Assembly (NCBI GenBank): GCA_040006935.1
Contig: JBDTVZ010000003.1
Location: 1,102-65,101, forward strand
DNA length: 64,000 nt
Reading direction: 5' to 3'
From: Candidatus Dojkabacteria bacterium
GTDB taxonomy: Bacteria > Patescibacteriota > Dojkabacteria > J137
Shown piece by piece: positions 31,640-41,390 of the stretch. The translations under genes were made by a program, and so were the position numbers. Within the stretch, counting starts at the first letter, position 1, and every line of letters begins with the position of its first letter. The notes beneath the pieces were generated by a model. That model did no database searches. It was not told the origin of the DNA and was given only the letters and a program-made list of their open reading frames with translations.

Positions 31640-33685
31640 CTAATTTATCTTTATACTTACTCGCGAAGAGACTGAGGGAATTCTCTGTAAAAATTCTGGC
31701 ACAAATCCTGGAGTAAAATAAATTTTATAATCCTGTAAGTCACTAACATTATCAAAGTATTTTCTAGCATCGCTAAGGCTCTGCCCTTGAATATTGGATC
31801 TTATTTCTTCTTCTGTCACTCTGAGTCCAACTGATCCTTGAGATGAAATCGATAATGTATAACCTGTAGAATTCTTCTCAACTTTTTCTACTACTGGAAG
31901 TTTCAAATTATCTATTACAACCTGCGAACCACTTACAGGTAATTGATCATTTTGAATAAGGAACTCCCCTGCTTTTCTTAGATCATCATTTTTTACAGCA
32001 TAACCTGTAACTGACATTTCTACACTTAGGTTAAATGTTTTGTCTGATGGCGCCTCTGCACCTACAACGGGAGTTGAAGTAACACTTGTTTCCTTATACT
32101 CTATTGTCTCTGGAATTAGCATAGATCCAGCTGGGATTATATTCCTTAGTTTATTCTCAGCTTGTTTTTTAAGTTCTTCTATTTTATCAGCTTTTAATTT
32201 ATCAACATTATCTTGTGATACAACAATTATCGGTGTCGATGTTCCACCTTCAATTGCCCTTACCCTAGTTCCTCTAACATCACCTACATTGTATCCTTCT
32301 ATCACAAATCTAGTACTTGGATCACTTGATGCTACATTATATTCTGCACCTACATCGGTTGCTTCGATTGGAACATCCTGTACATAAAATGCATTTGTGA
32401 CTCCTCCAGAACCAACTGTTGCGGGTTCCAACGTAACTGCTTGAGTAAGAATATATACTTTACCAGAAGCTTCAGAAGTTGCTTTTGTACCCACGGGAAG
32501 ATTAATTGTTTGTTGAACTCTAATATTATAGATATCTAAGAAGCCTTTAGCTTTATCTCCTTTTTTACCGTCTCCAGTTGCTTGCCCAGTCCAAGATGAA
32601 CTTACTTTTTCTACTAATAATACCTGCGCTGGGATTTGAATTGGAGTTGTAGAACTATTAACTTCTGTTATGTTTGGATTTGTATCTACTTGCCCGGCAA
32701 TTGGAATTTCCTGAGATTTAAATCTTACTCTAACGTCTACGCTTGAGAATTCAAAAATTATCAAATACAAAAGGACAATTATTACCACTCCAGCAATACC
32801 ACCTCCAATCATCATTAGCTTTCTTTTTTTTGCTCGTGCTAAAGAAGTTTCTGGAGACTCATCTAAAGAAACTCTTCTATTTCTAGAAAATAGTTTAGAA
32901 AAGAAACTAGAAATACCGCTTTCGGAATTTACAACTCTTGTAAAATCCTTTCCAGTAAATTTAGTTCTTGGCGATGCATTTATAACTCTTTCTGTATTTT
33001 GCATAGTATTTAATTCTTCATTTTCTGAATTAGCCTTTATTTTAGCATAATCCTGGGTATTCTTATTAAATTTGCTTATGTCTCCTCCGCTCATCATTTC
33101 AATTCCATCCAAATCAATCACCTTTGCTTCGACCCTAGGTTTCTGATAAGTTTCTACTGCCTCTTCTTCTACAGGATTTTCTTGTACATCATCATTTTTA
33201 TATTCTTCTGTTTCTTCTACTGTATTAAGTTTATCACCTTTTTGGACATCTTGCTCAATATTTAAATTTTGAGTGTCCGAAATATTTTCTTCTACAATTG
33301 AATCTTCTTTCTCAGTTGAATCTGCAACTGTTGTACTTAGTTCTTTTTTCTTAGCAAGAAGTTTTTCGAGAAAAGTATCCATTCTATTTTTTGCAACTGC
33401 CCAGGATTCACCAGTAATTTGGCTAACTTTAGATGCAACCACAAACCCTACTTTCTCTGCTATATATATTCCGTAAGAATCCTCTGTTACAACTATTGAA
33501 GCTTTTCTAAGCTTAGCCACTTCTTTAAACAAAATTTTAATACTTATTGGACTACTAAGAATTAAAGCTCCTTGAGGAATAATAAAAACTACCTTAGTTT
33601 TATCTGAAGCCAATACCCTATCAATAACGAAAGTTATTTCTTCCTTCTGGTCTATAAATATTTTTTCTGCTGTTAGTATTGACAT
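31640..33685 (-). CDS. Single-pass membrane protein with a baseplate-J-like extracellular region
   Basis: EEITFVIDRV N-domain, TM helix, then KAKGFLDIYN...LPVGT...IEATDVGAEYNV...IEGG; recognised by pattern only. Confidence 0.6.
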   Translation of the reverse strand: MSILTAEKIFIDQKEEITFVIDRVLASDKTKVVFIIPQGALILSSPISIKILFKEVAKLRKASIVVTEDSYGIYIAEKVGFVVASKVSQITGESWAVAKNRMDTFLEKLLAKKKELSTTVADSTEKEDSIVEENISDTQNLNIEQDVQKGDKLNTVEETEEYKNDDVQENPVEEEAVETYQKPRVEAKVIDLDGIEMMSGGDISKFNKNTQDYAKIKANSENEELNTMQNTERVINASPRTKFTGKDFTRVVNSESGISSFFSKLFSRNRRVSLDESPETSLARAKKRKLMMIGGGIAGVVIIVLLYLIIFEFSSVDVRVRFKSQEIPIAGQVDTNPNITEVNSSTTPIQIPAQVLLVEKVSSSWTGQATGDGKKGDKAKGFLDIYNIRVQQTINLPVGTKATSEASGKVYILTQAVTLEPATVGSGGVTNAFYVQDVPIEATDVGAEYNVASSDPSTRFVIEGYNVGDVRGTRVRAIEGGTSTPIIVVSQDNVDKLKADKIEELKKQAENKLRNIIPAGSMLIPETIEYKETSVTSTPVVGAEAPSDKTFNLSVEMSVTGYAVKNDDLRKAGEFLIQNDQLPVSGSQVVIDNLKLPVVEKVEKNSTGYTLSISSQGSVGLRVTEEEIRSNIQGQSLSDARKYFDNVSDLQDYKIYFTPGFVPEFLQRIPSVSSRVSIKIN

Positions 33686-33705
33686 ATTTATTTAGTTTTA
33701 TAACG

Positions 33706-33735
33706 GGATTGCTTCGCTTCGCTCGCAATGACACC
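33706..33735. repeat. Module C palindrome
   Basis: GGGATTGCTTCGCTTCGCTCGCAATGACAC. Confidence 0.7.
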
Positions 33736-33756
33736 TTTGAGATTCTCTCTTAGTTA

Positions 33757-34980
33757 TTAATTGTCTAGTATCATTCTCGCTAGTGCCAACGGTGCTACAT
33801 CTATAGGCATTGTTGCAGTTTTAGTTTTATCTGTAACATTACGTATTGCATTAGGAAAAATGAAATTTACTTTTGGATATTTTTTAAAGTTTAAACTTTG
33901 CATCCAAGGATAAGATATTAATTCCTCTTGTATTTGTGGAAGTAATGCTCCTCCTCCGCATAAGTAAATATTTGGTGGATACTCATTAACATCTTCAAAT
34001 TCTTCTAATGCAACTTCTACTCCACTTGCCCATATTTTAATATCATTTTCAAATGCTCTTCTTATTTCTGTACTTTCTGTATTTGTTAGTTTACCATCAA
34101 TGAATTTTAATTTTTTATCTTCGGCATCTTCGTAAGATAACCCTTTTTCCTTTTCTATTCTTCGTGAGAATACTCTCCCTCCAATTGCAAACATTTTTGT
34201 ACCCACAATATCTCCATTTTTTACAATAGCTACGTCAGTAGTCCCTCCTCCAATATCAATAATAATTCCGTTTGCATCATTTCGTCGCATGTCGTTCATT
34301 CCCATTGAAACGGCATAAGGTTCTACAACAATTTTTAATATATTTACTTTCAAAAGTCTTGCTATTTGATTTATTGTATCGATATGGACTCTTGGTGCGA
34401 ATGTTGAGAAAACTCGGTAAACTAATTCCGAACCTTTATAACCTAAAGCATTTAATACTCTTACACCATCTATGTAAACACTATTAATATAACTATCAAT
34501 TTCTACAAGTTGCTTGGAAGGAATTCCTAGCTCCTCAGATAAGTCTTCCTTTGTACTTTCAAATGTATGTTTCTTAACTTTTTGAATTATCTGTTCAATT
34601 TCCTTCTCAGTAATTTCAGTATCTGGACTTTCTCTTTCTACATTTACTAATATGTTTACTCCTTGGACAGATTCACCTGCAATTCCAATTATCATATCCT
34701 TAGGAAGTGCATAATCTCCTTCAAAATATTCTTTTGCCATTCCAATAGCTTCGCCAATTGATTTATCTAAAGCATCAACAACTTCTGTAATATCTAAAAC
34801 GAAAGCTGCATACATTGCACTACTTTTTTGTTTTACTCTGGTATAACCAATAATATTTACTTCTTTCTCTTCAACTATAAAAACTGCACACTTTATATAT
34901 TCTGTTCCAATATCGACCGAAAGGTAGCTTGGTTTTTTAGAAGAGTTCTGAGTTTTTACTTTTTTAAAACGTTCAAACAA
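33757..34980 (-). CDS. FtsA-like actin-fold ATPase
   Basis: SVDIGTEYIK, VEPYAV, IDIGGGTTD, LCGGGALL. Confidence 0.8.
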   Translation of the reverse strand: MFERFKKVKTQNSSKKPSYLSVDIGTEYIKCAVFIVEEKEVNIIGYTRVKQKSSAMYAAFVLDITEVVDALDKSIGEAIGMAKEYFEGDYALPKDMIIGIAGESVQGVNILVNVERESPDTEITEKEIEQIIQKVKKHTFESTKEDLSEELGIPSKQLVEIDSYINSVYIDGVRVLNALGYKGSELVYRVFSTFAPRVHIDTINQIARLLKVNILKIVVEPYAVSMGMNDMRRNDANGIIIDIGGGTTDVAIVKNGDIVGTKMFAIGGRVFSRRIEKEKGLSYEDAEDKKLKFIDGKLTNTESTEIRRAFENDIKIWASGVEVALEEFEDVNEYPPNIYLCGGGALLPQIQEELISYPWMQSLNFKKYPKVNFIFPNAIRNVTDKTKTATMPIDVAPLALARMILDN

Positions 34981-35168
34981 TGGAATTTAAAGTAACAGTT
35001 AATCCTGAATAACTAAAGTTTCGAACTGGGATTACGCCCTACTATAATATACCAAATCTTCTTTATAATCAAAGTGTTTGAAAGTGTTTGTTAATTTGCA
35101 ATAATAATATCATAGTGATATACTAGCCGTATTTGATAACCCTAATTACATTTTAATTTCGAGTATAC

Positions 35169-35738
35169 ATGAAAATTCTAGCTACAGTTCCAGAAGTGTC
35201 GAACGACAAGATTTTAAAAACTTTTTTGGAAGCTGTAAAGATCTTAAAGAAACAAGGTCACAACGTAACCGAAATTAAAGCTGATAATTCAAAAAAATCC
35301 GCAGATTTAGCAAAAGCTTTTAATCAAATTGATAAATATATTAAAGATACTGATATTTTAATTACTGATGTAACTAACGCAGATAGCAAAGTTGGCTACG
35401 AAGTTGCAAGAGCATTGGATGAAAAGAAAGTTGTAATTGCTTTAGAAGAAGAAAAATCTAAAAATCAGTTTGTTGTTATACATGGGAATAAAAATAGACA
35501 AATTGTACATGCAAAATACAATGCAAAAAACATAGAAACAGTAATCGCAGATGTAGTAAAAGAAGCTTCCAGTAGATTAGACTCAAAATTCATTCTTATC
35601 ATCTCTCCGGAAATGGATAGGTATTTGAACTGGGCTTCAAAAGTTAAGAGAACACATAAAGCTCAAGTTGTAAGAACTGCTCTTGAGGCTTTAATTAAGA
35701 AAGATAAAGAATACAAAGATTACGTACAAGGAGAATAA
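35169..35738 (+). CDS. Nucleoside 2-deoxyribosyltransferase-like domain fused to a probable ribbon-helix-helix domain
   Basis: TDILITDVT...VGYEVARAL; C-terminal KFILIISPEMDRYL...KAQVVRTALE. Confidence 0.6.
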   Translation: MKILATVPEVSNDKILKTFLEAVKILKKQGHNVTEIKADNSKKSADLAKAFNQIDKYIKDTDILITDVTNADSKVGYEVARALDEKKVVIALEEEKSKNQFVVIHGNKNRQIVHAKYNAKNIETVIADVVKEASSRLDSKFILIISPEMDRYLNWASKVKRTHKAQVVRTALEALIKKDKEYKDYVQGE

Positions 35739-35753
35739 TAAAATGAAGAAATG

Positions 35754-36077
35754 CTATTCTAATTTCTTCTGAATTGCCGCCAAGATTTTTCTAAGCTCTT
35801 TTATTTTTTACTGTACTCTTCGAATTCATTATTTTCTATATAATCACTATCCTTCAGTAAGTTAATCCAGAGGTCACTCTCTATGAGTTCTTTGTATGCT
35901 ATCTGCATCTTTAGATATACTACCTTGAGCTTCATAAATATTACCTCCTACAGAAGTACCACTTCTTAAAAGTTGTTTACTTAAAACAAATTCTTTCTTG
36001 GAAATAAGAGATTTATATAAAATGACAATTTCAAGCGAAAATTTATATGATTTATCTAGAATAGTGTTTTGTTTCAC
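35754..36077 (-). pseudogene. Four-helix-bundle (23S-IVP/Avd-like) protein pseudogene
   Basis: KQLLRSGTSVGGNIYEAQ; continues in shifted frames as MQIAYKELIESDLWINLLKDSDYI and IKELRKILAAIQKKLE. Confidence 0.8.
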
Positions 36078-36155
36078 CCCAGTATTTTCCTAGAAGTGGT
36101 GAGAATTAGCAATGTGTCGCAATACAAATTAGGGAAATTTCTTCATTCCTTCATT

Positions 36156-37358
36156 TTAGGAGTAGACTCCAATATCATCTGGAATAAATTGTCTAAAGTT
36201 ATCTTTTGTTATTCGGACACCTTTAACCAACCCCTGGACTATTTGCAGGGCTACTTTTCTAGCTAATTCGGTCAAAGTTCTTTCTAACTGCCTAACTCCT
36301 GCGTCAAATCCTAAAGGTCTAATTACTAAAGGCCAAACATCATCATCAAATGCAAGTTGATCCTCCTGCATGCCGGTTGCTTCCCTTACTTTTGGTAGAA
36401 GGTAATTTTTTGCAATCATCATCTTGTCATTGTCCGTATAACTCCCAAACCTAATTACTTCAAGCCTATCCAGAAGAGCCGCAGAAATTCCTCCGAGATT
36501 ATTAGCAGTACAAATAAACATTGCTTTGGATAAATCTACAGGATAATCTACATACTTATCCATGAAAGTCGAGTTCTGCTCAGGGTCTAAGATTTCTAGT
36601 AAAGCAGCCATAACGTCCGCTTTAGTTCCTCCAGAACTTGATATCTTTTCTATTTCGTCTAATAGAATCAAAGGGTTCATACTTTCTGTTCGAACCAAAG
36701 ACTTTATGATCTGACCGGGCTCTGCATTTAGTTGACCTCTTACAATACCTCTAATCTCTGTTACAGAGCTCAAACCTCCAAGAGAGATTCTCATAAATTT
36801 CCTATTTAATGCCAAAGCCATGGCCTTAGCAATCGATGTTTTACCAACTCCTTGGATACCTACAAAACAAAGTATTGGTGCGTGAGATGAATTTCCCTGC
36901 AATCTAGACATTTCATCAGAAGAATCTCCAACAGCACTCTCTGCTACTTTCCCTTGCTGGTTTTGAAGCTTTGTAACGGCTAAATATTCCATTACTCTAT
37001 TCTTCACTGGCTCAAGTCCATAATTATATTTATCTAAAACCGCTTTTGCATTTACTAAGTCCAAAGTTTCTTCTTGATATTTACCAAATGGAATTTGACT
37101 TACCCAATTGATATATTCTGATACTGGTTCAAACTCTTGAGAATAACCTCCTGTTTGAGCCATTTTTACAAGTCTGAATATCATTCCTTCTGCCTTTTCT
37201 TTGAGTCCAGTAGGCATTTGTGATACCTCTATTTTCTTCTTTAAAGCATCTATTTCGACGTTTAAATCCAACACTGCTGATGATGATGCGACTGGCGTTA
37301 CTGTTGGCTGCTGAGGAGCTGGTGTTACTGGTTGTGGATTTGAATTTACTGGTTCCAT
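36156..37358 (-). CDS. Lon-type AAA+ ATPase lacking the protease domain
   Basis: YINWVSQIPFG, VKNRVMEYLAV, GIQGVGKTS, LLDEIEK, LLEILDPEQN, GVRQLER; ends before the S16 domain. Confidence 0.85.
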   Translation of the reverse strand: MEPVNSNPQPVTPAPQQPTVTPVASSSAVLDLNVEIDALKKKIEVSQMPTGLKEKAEGMIFRLVKMAQTGGYSQEFEPVSEYINWVSQIPFGKYQEETLDLVNAKAVLDKYNYGLEPVKNRVMEYLAVTKLQNQQGKVAESAVGDSSDEMSRLQGNSSHAPILCFVGIQGVGKTSIAKAMALALNRKFMRISLGGLSSVTEIRGIVRGQLNAEPGQIIKSLVRTESMNPLILLDEIEKISSSGGTKADVMAALLEILDPEQNSTFMDKYVDYPVDLSKAMFICTANNLGGISAALLDRLEVIRFGSYTDNDKMMIAKNYLLPKVREATGMQEDQLAFDDDVWPLVIRPLGFDAGVRQLERTLTELARKVALQIVQGLVKGVRITKDNFRQFIPDDIGVYS

Positions 37359-37414
37359 TTATTTATTTAAATACACTCTATTCTCAAGAATTAGCAGAGA
37401 TTTGTCAAGGATTA

Positions 37415-37561
37415 CCTCACCCTGCCTCTTTAAGATATCTCTAAAATTTGAAATCTGCGGGCAGGTTAAAAAGAGGAGGGGGAATAAAAAAAGAGCCCTG
37501 TTTCCAGGACTCCTTTCAATTATTAATGAGATTGCCTTGCCTTTCAGGCTCGGAATGACAC
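37415..37561. repeat. Degenerate module A and C palindromes plus a terminator-like hairpin downstream of rplY
   Basis: CCTCACCCTGCCTCTTTAA...TTAAAAGAGGAGGGG; GAGATTGCC...CGGAATGACAC. Confidence 0.55.
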
Positions 37562-37567
37562 ATTACA

Positions 37568-38242
37568 CTATTTCTTCTCTTCTGCTTCAGGTGTCACGAC
37601 AGCTTCACCTTCTGCAGGGACTACAGGAATTGGATTTCCGTCTGCATCTAATTGAGGTTCAACTACTGCAATTTCTTCAACAATTTCCTTTTGAGGAGCT
37701 GCAATGTTTACAATGGCTGCGTTCTCACCAACACTAGAATCAAATTCTACACCTTCCGGAAGTTTCAAATCTCCAATATTTACTGCATCTCCAATGCTCT
37801 CCAGTTTAGAAAGATCAACATCTAAATGATCTGGTAAATCTTTTGGTAAACAATGTAGAGCAACAGAATCCATTATTGTGATTAAGAATCCAACATTTAA
37901 TTTAACTGCTGGAGCTTCTCCAAGGAAGTGAATAGGAACTTCTACTGTGATCTTACTTTCTTCATCAATCTGATAAAAACTTACTTCTAAAAGCTTGTCG
38001 GATACTGGTTCAGTAGCATAGCTCTTAACAAGAACCTTAGATGGTTTTGAACCCTCTACTTCTAAGTCAAAGAATTTGTTAAAGCCAACGTCTTTGAATA
38101 CTTTAGAAAATTCTTTTTTATCAATTTGAATACTTTCTGATTTTTTCTTTGGACCATATACTGATGCAGGAACAATTCCCTTTTCTCTCAAAGTCTTTAC
38201 CTTTCGTCCAGATATTTCTCTTTTTTGTGCTGTTAGCTTCAT
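37568..38242 (-). CDS. rplY: 50S ribosomal protein bL25 (Ctc-type)
   Basis: LREKGIVPASVYG, VEVPIHFLGEAPAVK, CLPKDLP. Confidence 0.95.
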   Translation of the reverse strand: MKLTAQKREISGRKVKTLREKGIVPASVYGPKKKSESIQIDKKEFSKVFKDVGFNKFFDLEVEGSKPSKVLVKSYATEPVSDKLLEVSFYQIDEESKITVEVPIHFLGEAPAVKLNVGFLITIMDSVALHCLPKDLPDHLDVDLSKLESIGDAVNIGDLKLPEGVEFDSSVGENAAIVNIAAPQKEIVEEIAVVEPQLDADGNPIPVVPAEGEAVVTPEAEEKK

Positions 38243-38332
38243 AGTTTTGAATTTAAATTATATGCCAAATGCGGAGAATTATACTATAAACATAATCAGA
38301 TATACAAATGGAATTAAGTGTATTAAGACTTC

Positions 38333-39190
38333 TTATTCACTCTTTTTCAATTCTTTCTCCATATTTATTAGATTAATTCTATTCACATACAGCTGCTGCA
38401 ATACTCCAAAAGTACCTTGTGCAATCCAGTATATGCTTAATCCTATCGGGAATCCCCAAGCCCCGAATATTAATAATGCTGGGAATAAAATCATAGTCTG
38501 TTGAGTTGTTTGAGTTACAATATTGCTAAAATCGTCTGGAGAATTTGGATCTTTTTTCTTTTCTGTCTTCTTTTTTGTATCCTTAGAATATTTTTCTCTC
38601 AATTCTTTCATCTGTGCTTGACCTTTAAAACTCAACTTCATAGAAGCATATTGGATAACTCCAGCAAGTACTACAAATATTACATACGGAAGGATGACTA
38701 ATAGATTATCGAATCCTATACTACTCCCAGTTTTACTTAAATCTACAATTCCAAAAAAAGATGAATTGAATGTGTAATTATCTGCAAACCTAGGGATGAA
38801 ACTGTAAGCTAAATTATTAAAACTAGAAGCTCCTTGGCTGAAAATATCTCGAATAACGTGATCTATATTGATGAATAGTATTAACTGAATTATTAAAGGA
38901 AGGCAACCACCCAAAAGTGCTGGCATGTATTCAGAATTAGCTTTCATCAGTTCTTCATTTTGCTTTTGCTTATCGTTCTTATACTTTTCTTTAATCTCTT
39001 TCATCTTATCGTTTGCCTCCATATTTTTCCCTAACATTTGAGACTGTCTTACAATCACAGGAAACATTATCAGTTTTGATATTAATGCTATTGCAATAAT
39101 TGATAAGCCTAAATTCTCTGAGAAAAATCTATAGAAGACTACAATTAGATTATAAATTGGCTGGTAGAAGAAAATTGTAAAAATGTCCAC
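38333..39190 (-). CDS. yidC: Membrane protein insertase YidC (short form)
   Basis: LGLSIIAI, KEKYKND, GGCLPLIIQ, GLSIYW. Confidence 0.92.
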   Translation of the reverse strand: MDIFTIFFYQPIYNLIVVFYRFFSENLGLSIIAIALISKLIMFPVIVRQSQMLGKNMEANDKMKEIKEKYKNDKQKQNEELMKANSEYMPALLGGCLPLIIQLILFINIDHVIRDIFSQGASSFNNLAYSFIPRFADNYTFNSSFFGIVDLSKTGSSIGFDNLLVILPYVIFVVLAGVIQYASMKLSFKGQAQMKELREKYSKDTKKKTEKKKDPNSPDDFSNIVTQTTQQTMILFPALLIFGAWGFPIGLSIYWIAQGTFGVLQQLYVNRINLINMEKELKKSE

Positions 39191-39257
39191 AAGGTATTAA
39201 GTAATCTATAAATAAATGACTCCCTATGATAGCACAAGCAGTTATATTGAATTACAG

Positions 39258-39379
39258 AAACTCTAAATCCTAAGTTCTAAATTTCAAACTCTAATATTCA
39301 AATGTTCTAAGTTTTGGATTTGAGTATTAGAATTTTTGAGATTATTTGTTTAGGATTTAGTGTTTAGAATTTAGAACTT
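39258..39379. repeat. Inverted arrays of degenerate 7-mer microrepeats
   Basis: tctaaat/cctaagt/tctaaat/ttcaaac units facing tttagga/tttagtg/tttagaa/tttagaa units. Confidence 0.7.
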
Positions 39380-39383
39380 AAAT

Positions 39384-39416
39384 AAAAAAGCCACCACGAA
39401 CGTGTGATGGCCTTTT
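39384..39416 (-). terminator. Intrinsic terminator after tmRNA
   Basis: Imperfect GCCAcCAC/GTGaTGGC stem with a U-tract on the minus strand. Confidence 0.6.
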
Positions 39417-39862
39417 GGTGGAGATGACCGGTTACCCGGTGTCCATGTAAACTTCAAATAACACAGCTTTACATACTTAGTACATTTGGATACATAAGCT
39501 CATAAAAATATACAAAAACAAGCTTAAGAATCTCCCCTATCTTAATTTCAAAACTAAAAGATTAAAGGGTTTTGAAAAGCATTCTAACTTTGGGACGCTT
39601 ACAGTTCTCATTAGAAGGAAGAAATTGTAAACGGCAGTCCTACTTGTTGTTTCGGTCTGCTCTTATATTTTAGGCAAATGCATAATTCACATTTCCCAAA
39701 GGAGCAGTGAGTAAATTCTTTACAAAAGATACAAGATTTGAAATTGGTTTGACGTTTAGGTCAAGTTTGCCCGAAGGCAAGTTAAATTTTTTTTAACGAA
39801 GATTCTTAACTAAACTTCGGTATGCTATGAAATTTTTAATCTACTGTCGAGAAAACATCCCC
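39416..39862 (-). ncRNA. ssrA: tmRNA
   Basis: Acceptor GGGGATG/CATCTCC-ACCA with G3.U70; TCGAC near the 5' end; tag ORF 39753-39670 VKPISNLVSFVKNLLTAPLGNVNYAFA*; smpB is in the same window. Confidence 0.9.
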
Positions 39863-39984
39863 CTTAAAAAGTCTTCCGTTCTGAGTTTCCAGTCTTGAGA
39901 AACTACTTAAGGTGAACGATTTCAGACATGTTAATTATACCATAGAATAACAATTTTGACGACACTACTCTCCGGCTCTTATTT

Positions 39985-40178
39985 CGACCAGGCCGCGTTA
40001 CCTGCCTGCGTGCGCAGTCAGGCACGGCAGCCTAATCAGAATGCTCCCTCTCCTTTTAAGGAGAGGGTTGGGGTGAGGTCATACCGCACGGAAATCACAA
40101 GACCGCTTGTGTGCGGTCCCTATAGATTTGCTAATTAATGAGATTGCTTCGAAAACTTCGTCTCCTCGCAATGACACC
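39985..40178. repeat. Nested palindromic cluster: CCTGCCTG-type insert followed by modules A-B-C
   Basis: TTA-CCTGCCTGCGTGCGCAGTCAGGCA; CCCTCTCCTTTTAAGGAGAGGG; ACCGCAC-N21-GTGCGGT; GAGATTGCTTCG..CGCAATGAC. Confidence 0.85.
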
Positions 40179-40197
40179 AAGAACATTGAGACTTCTT

Positions 40198-40896
40198 TTA
40201 ATTATTTATTCCTCCCGACTTCGCAAAGGTATACCCATAGACTCTTTGGACTCCATTCTCCTTAAGAACTTTTGCACACTCATTTAAAGTACTTCCCGTA
40301 GTATAAACATCGTCAACTAGAATTACTGAACTTGTGGAATACACATGCTGAAGATCTTGATCAATTGCGAAGATTCCTTTTAGGTTAGAACGTCGTTTTT
40401 CACCACTCAGATCTGCTTGCGCAGAAACATCTTTAGTCCTTTTTAATAAGTTGATTGTCTTAAAATCAATATATTTTGAGATCTCGTTACAAATTACCTC
40501 TGACTGATTAAATCCTCTTTTATTCTTTTTCTTTCTAGTTAAAGGTATTGGAACAAGAATTGAATGCTCATCAAGGCTAAAGAGCCTAATGAACTTGGAC
40601 ATTTTCTGTCCGATAAATTTGAAATTATTATAGTAAAAAGAGTATTTACCCTGCATAATGAGCTCTTTGACTCCTTCGTTATAGCTCACCATGAATATAT
40701 GACCATCTAAAAATGTTTGATCCTTACATTCATCATGGATAAAACCTCTTTTTACCTTGGAATTACAAACACAGCAATATGTATTCCAATTTACAAATAT
40801 TTTATCTCTAATGCAGCGGGTGCATAAGGACACTCCTACTCTATTACACATTAGGCAATAACTTGGTATCAAAGTATTTATAATTGGATTAAACAT
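40198..40896 (-). CDS. comF: Competence protein ComF (phosphoribosyltransferase fold)
   Basis: CxxC zinc motifs, RGFNQS, ILVDDVYTTGST. Confidence 0.92.
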   Translation of the reverse strand: MFNPIINTLIPSYCLMCNRVGVSLCTRCIRDKIFVNWNTYCCVCNSKVKRGFIHDECKDQTFLDGHIFMVSYNEGVKELIMQGKYSFYYNNFKFIGQKMSKFIRLFSLDEHSILVPIPLTRKKKNKRGFNQSEVICNEISKYIDFKTINLLKRTKDVSAQADLSGEKRRSNLKGIFAIDQDLQHVYSTSSVILVDDVYTTGSTLNECAKVLKENGVQRVYGYTFAKSGGINN

Positions 40897-40948
40897 AAAA
40901 TACTATATTGGTAAATAGTTATAAATATTAACATTTTGGGTTAAAATT

Positions 40949-41362
40949 ATGAATATGAAAATACTATCAATAGATTATGGAACTAAAAGAGTTGGTTTAG
41001 CTATCTCAGACGAGACACTAACTTTTGCACATAGATTGGATCCGATAAAAAATTATAAAGATGAAAAAACTTTAATAGGAGATTTAGCTAACTTATCTAT
41101 AAAATACGCGGTTAGCCTAATAGTTTTAGGGGTTCCCCTTGGTGTTGAAGAAAAGGATACAGAAATGTCAAAAAAGATAAATTTGTTTGCACAAAAGCTG
41201 GAAACCATTAATGGGATTAGCGTGAAAACTGTTAACGAAACTTATACAACCAGGCAGGCATATTCTAATTTAGGTAAAAATAAAGGTAAAAAATCTATTG
41301 ATAGCGAATCTGCTAGAATACTTCTACAAGAGTACTTGGATGATAAAAAATTAAGAAATTAA
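40949..41362 (+). CDS. ruvX: YqgF/RuvX nuclease
   Basis: LSIDYGTKRVGLAISD, VNETYTT, IDSESARILLQ. Confidence 0.93.
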   Translation: MNMKILSIDYGTKRVGLAISDETLTFAHRLDPIKNYKDEKTLIGDLANLSIKYAVSLIVLGVPLGVEEKDTEMSKKINLFAQKLETINGISVKTVNETYTTRQAYSNLGKNKGKKSIDSESARILLQEYLDDKKLRN

Positions 41363-41390
41363 ATAATTTTAACTAACTTATCTATAAACT

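Noticed and set aside
35754-36077. Diversity-generating retroelement (Avd-like gene)
   Set aside because: No reverse transcriptase or TR/VR pair was seen in the window
37220-40138. Short plus-strand ORFs (37220, 37402, 38247, 38501, 39956), and similar antisense ORFs elsewhere in the track
   Set aside because: They are antisense to well-supported genes or are translations of palindromic repeats
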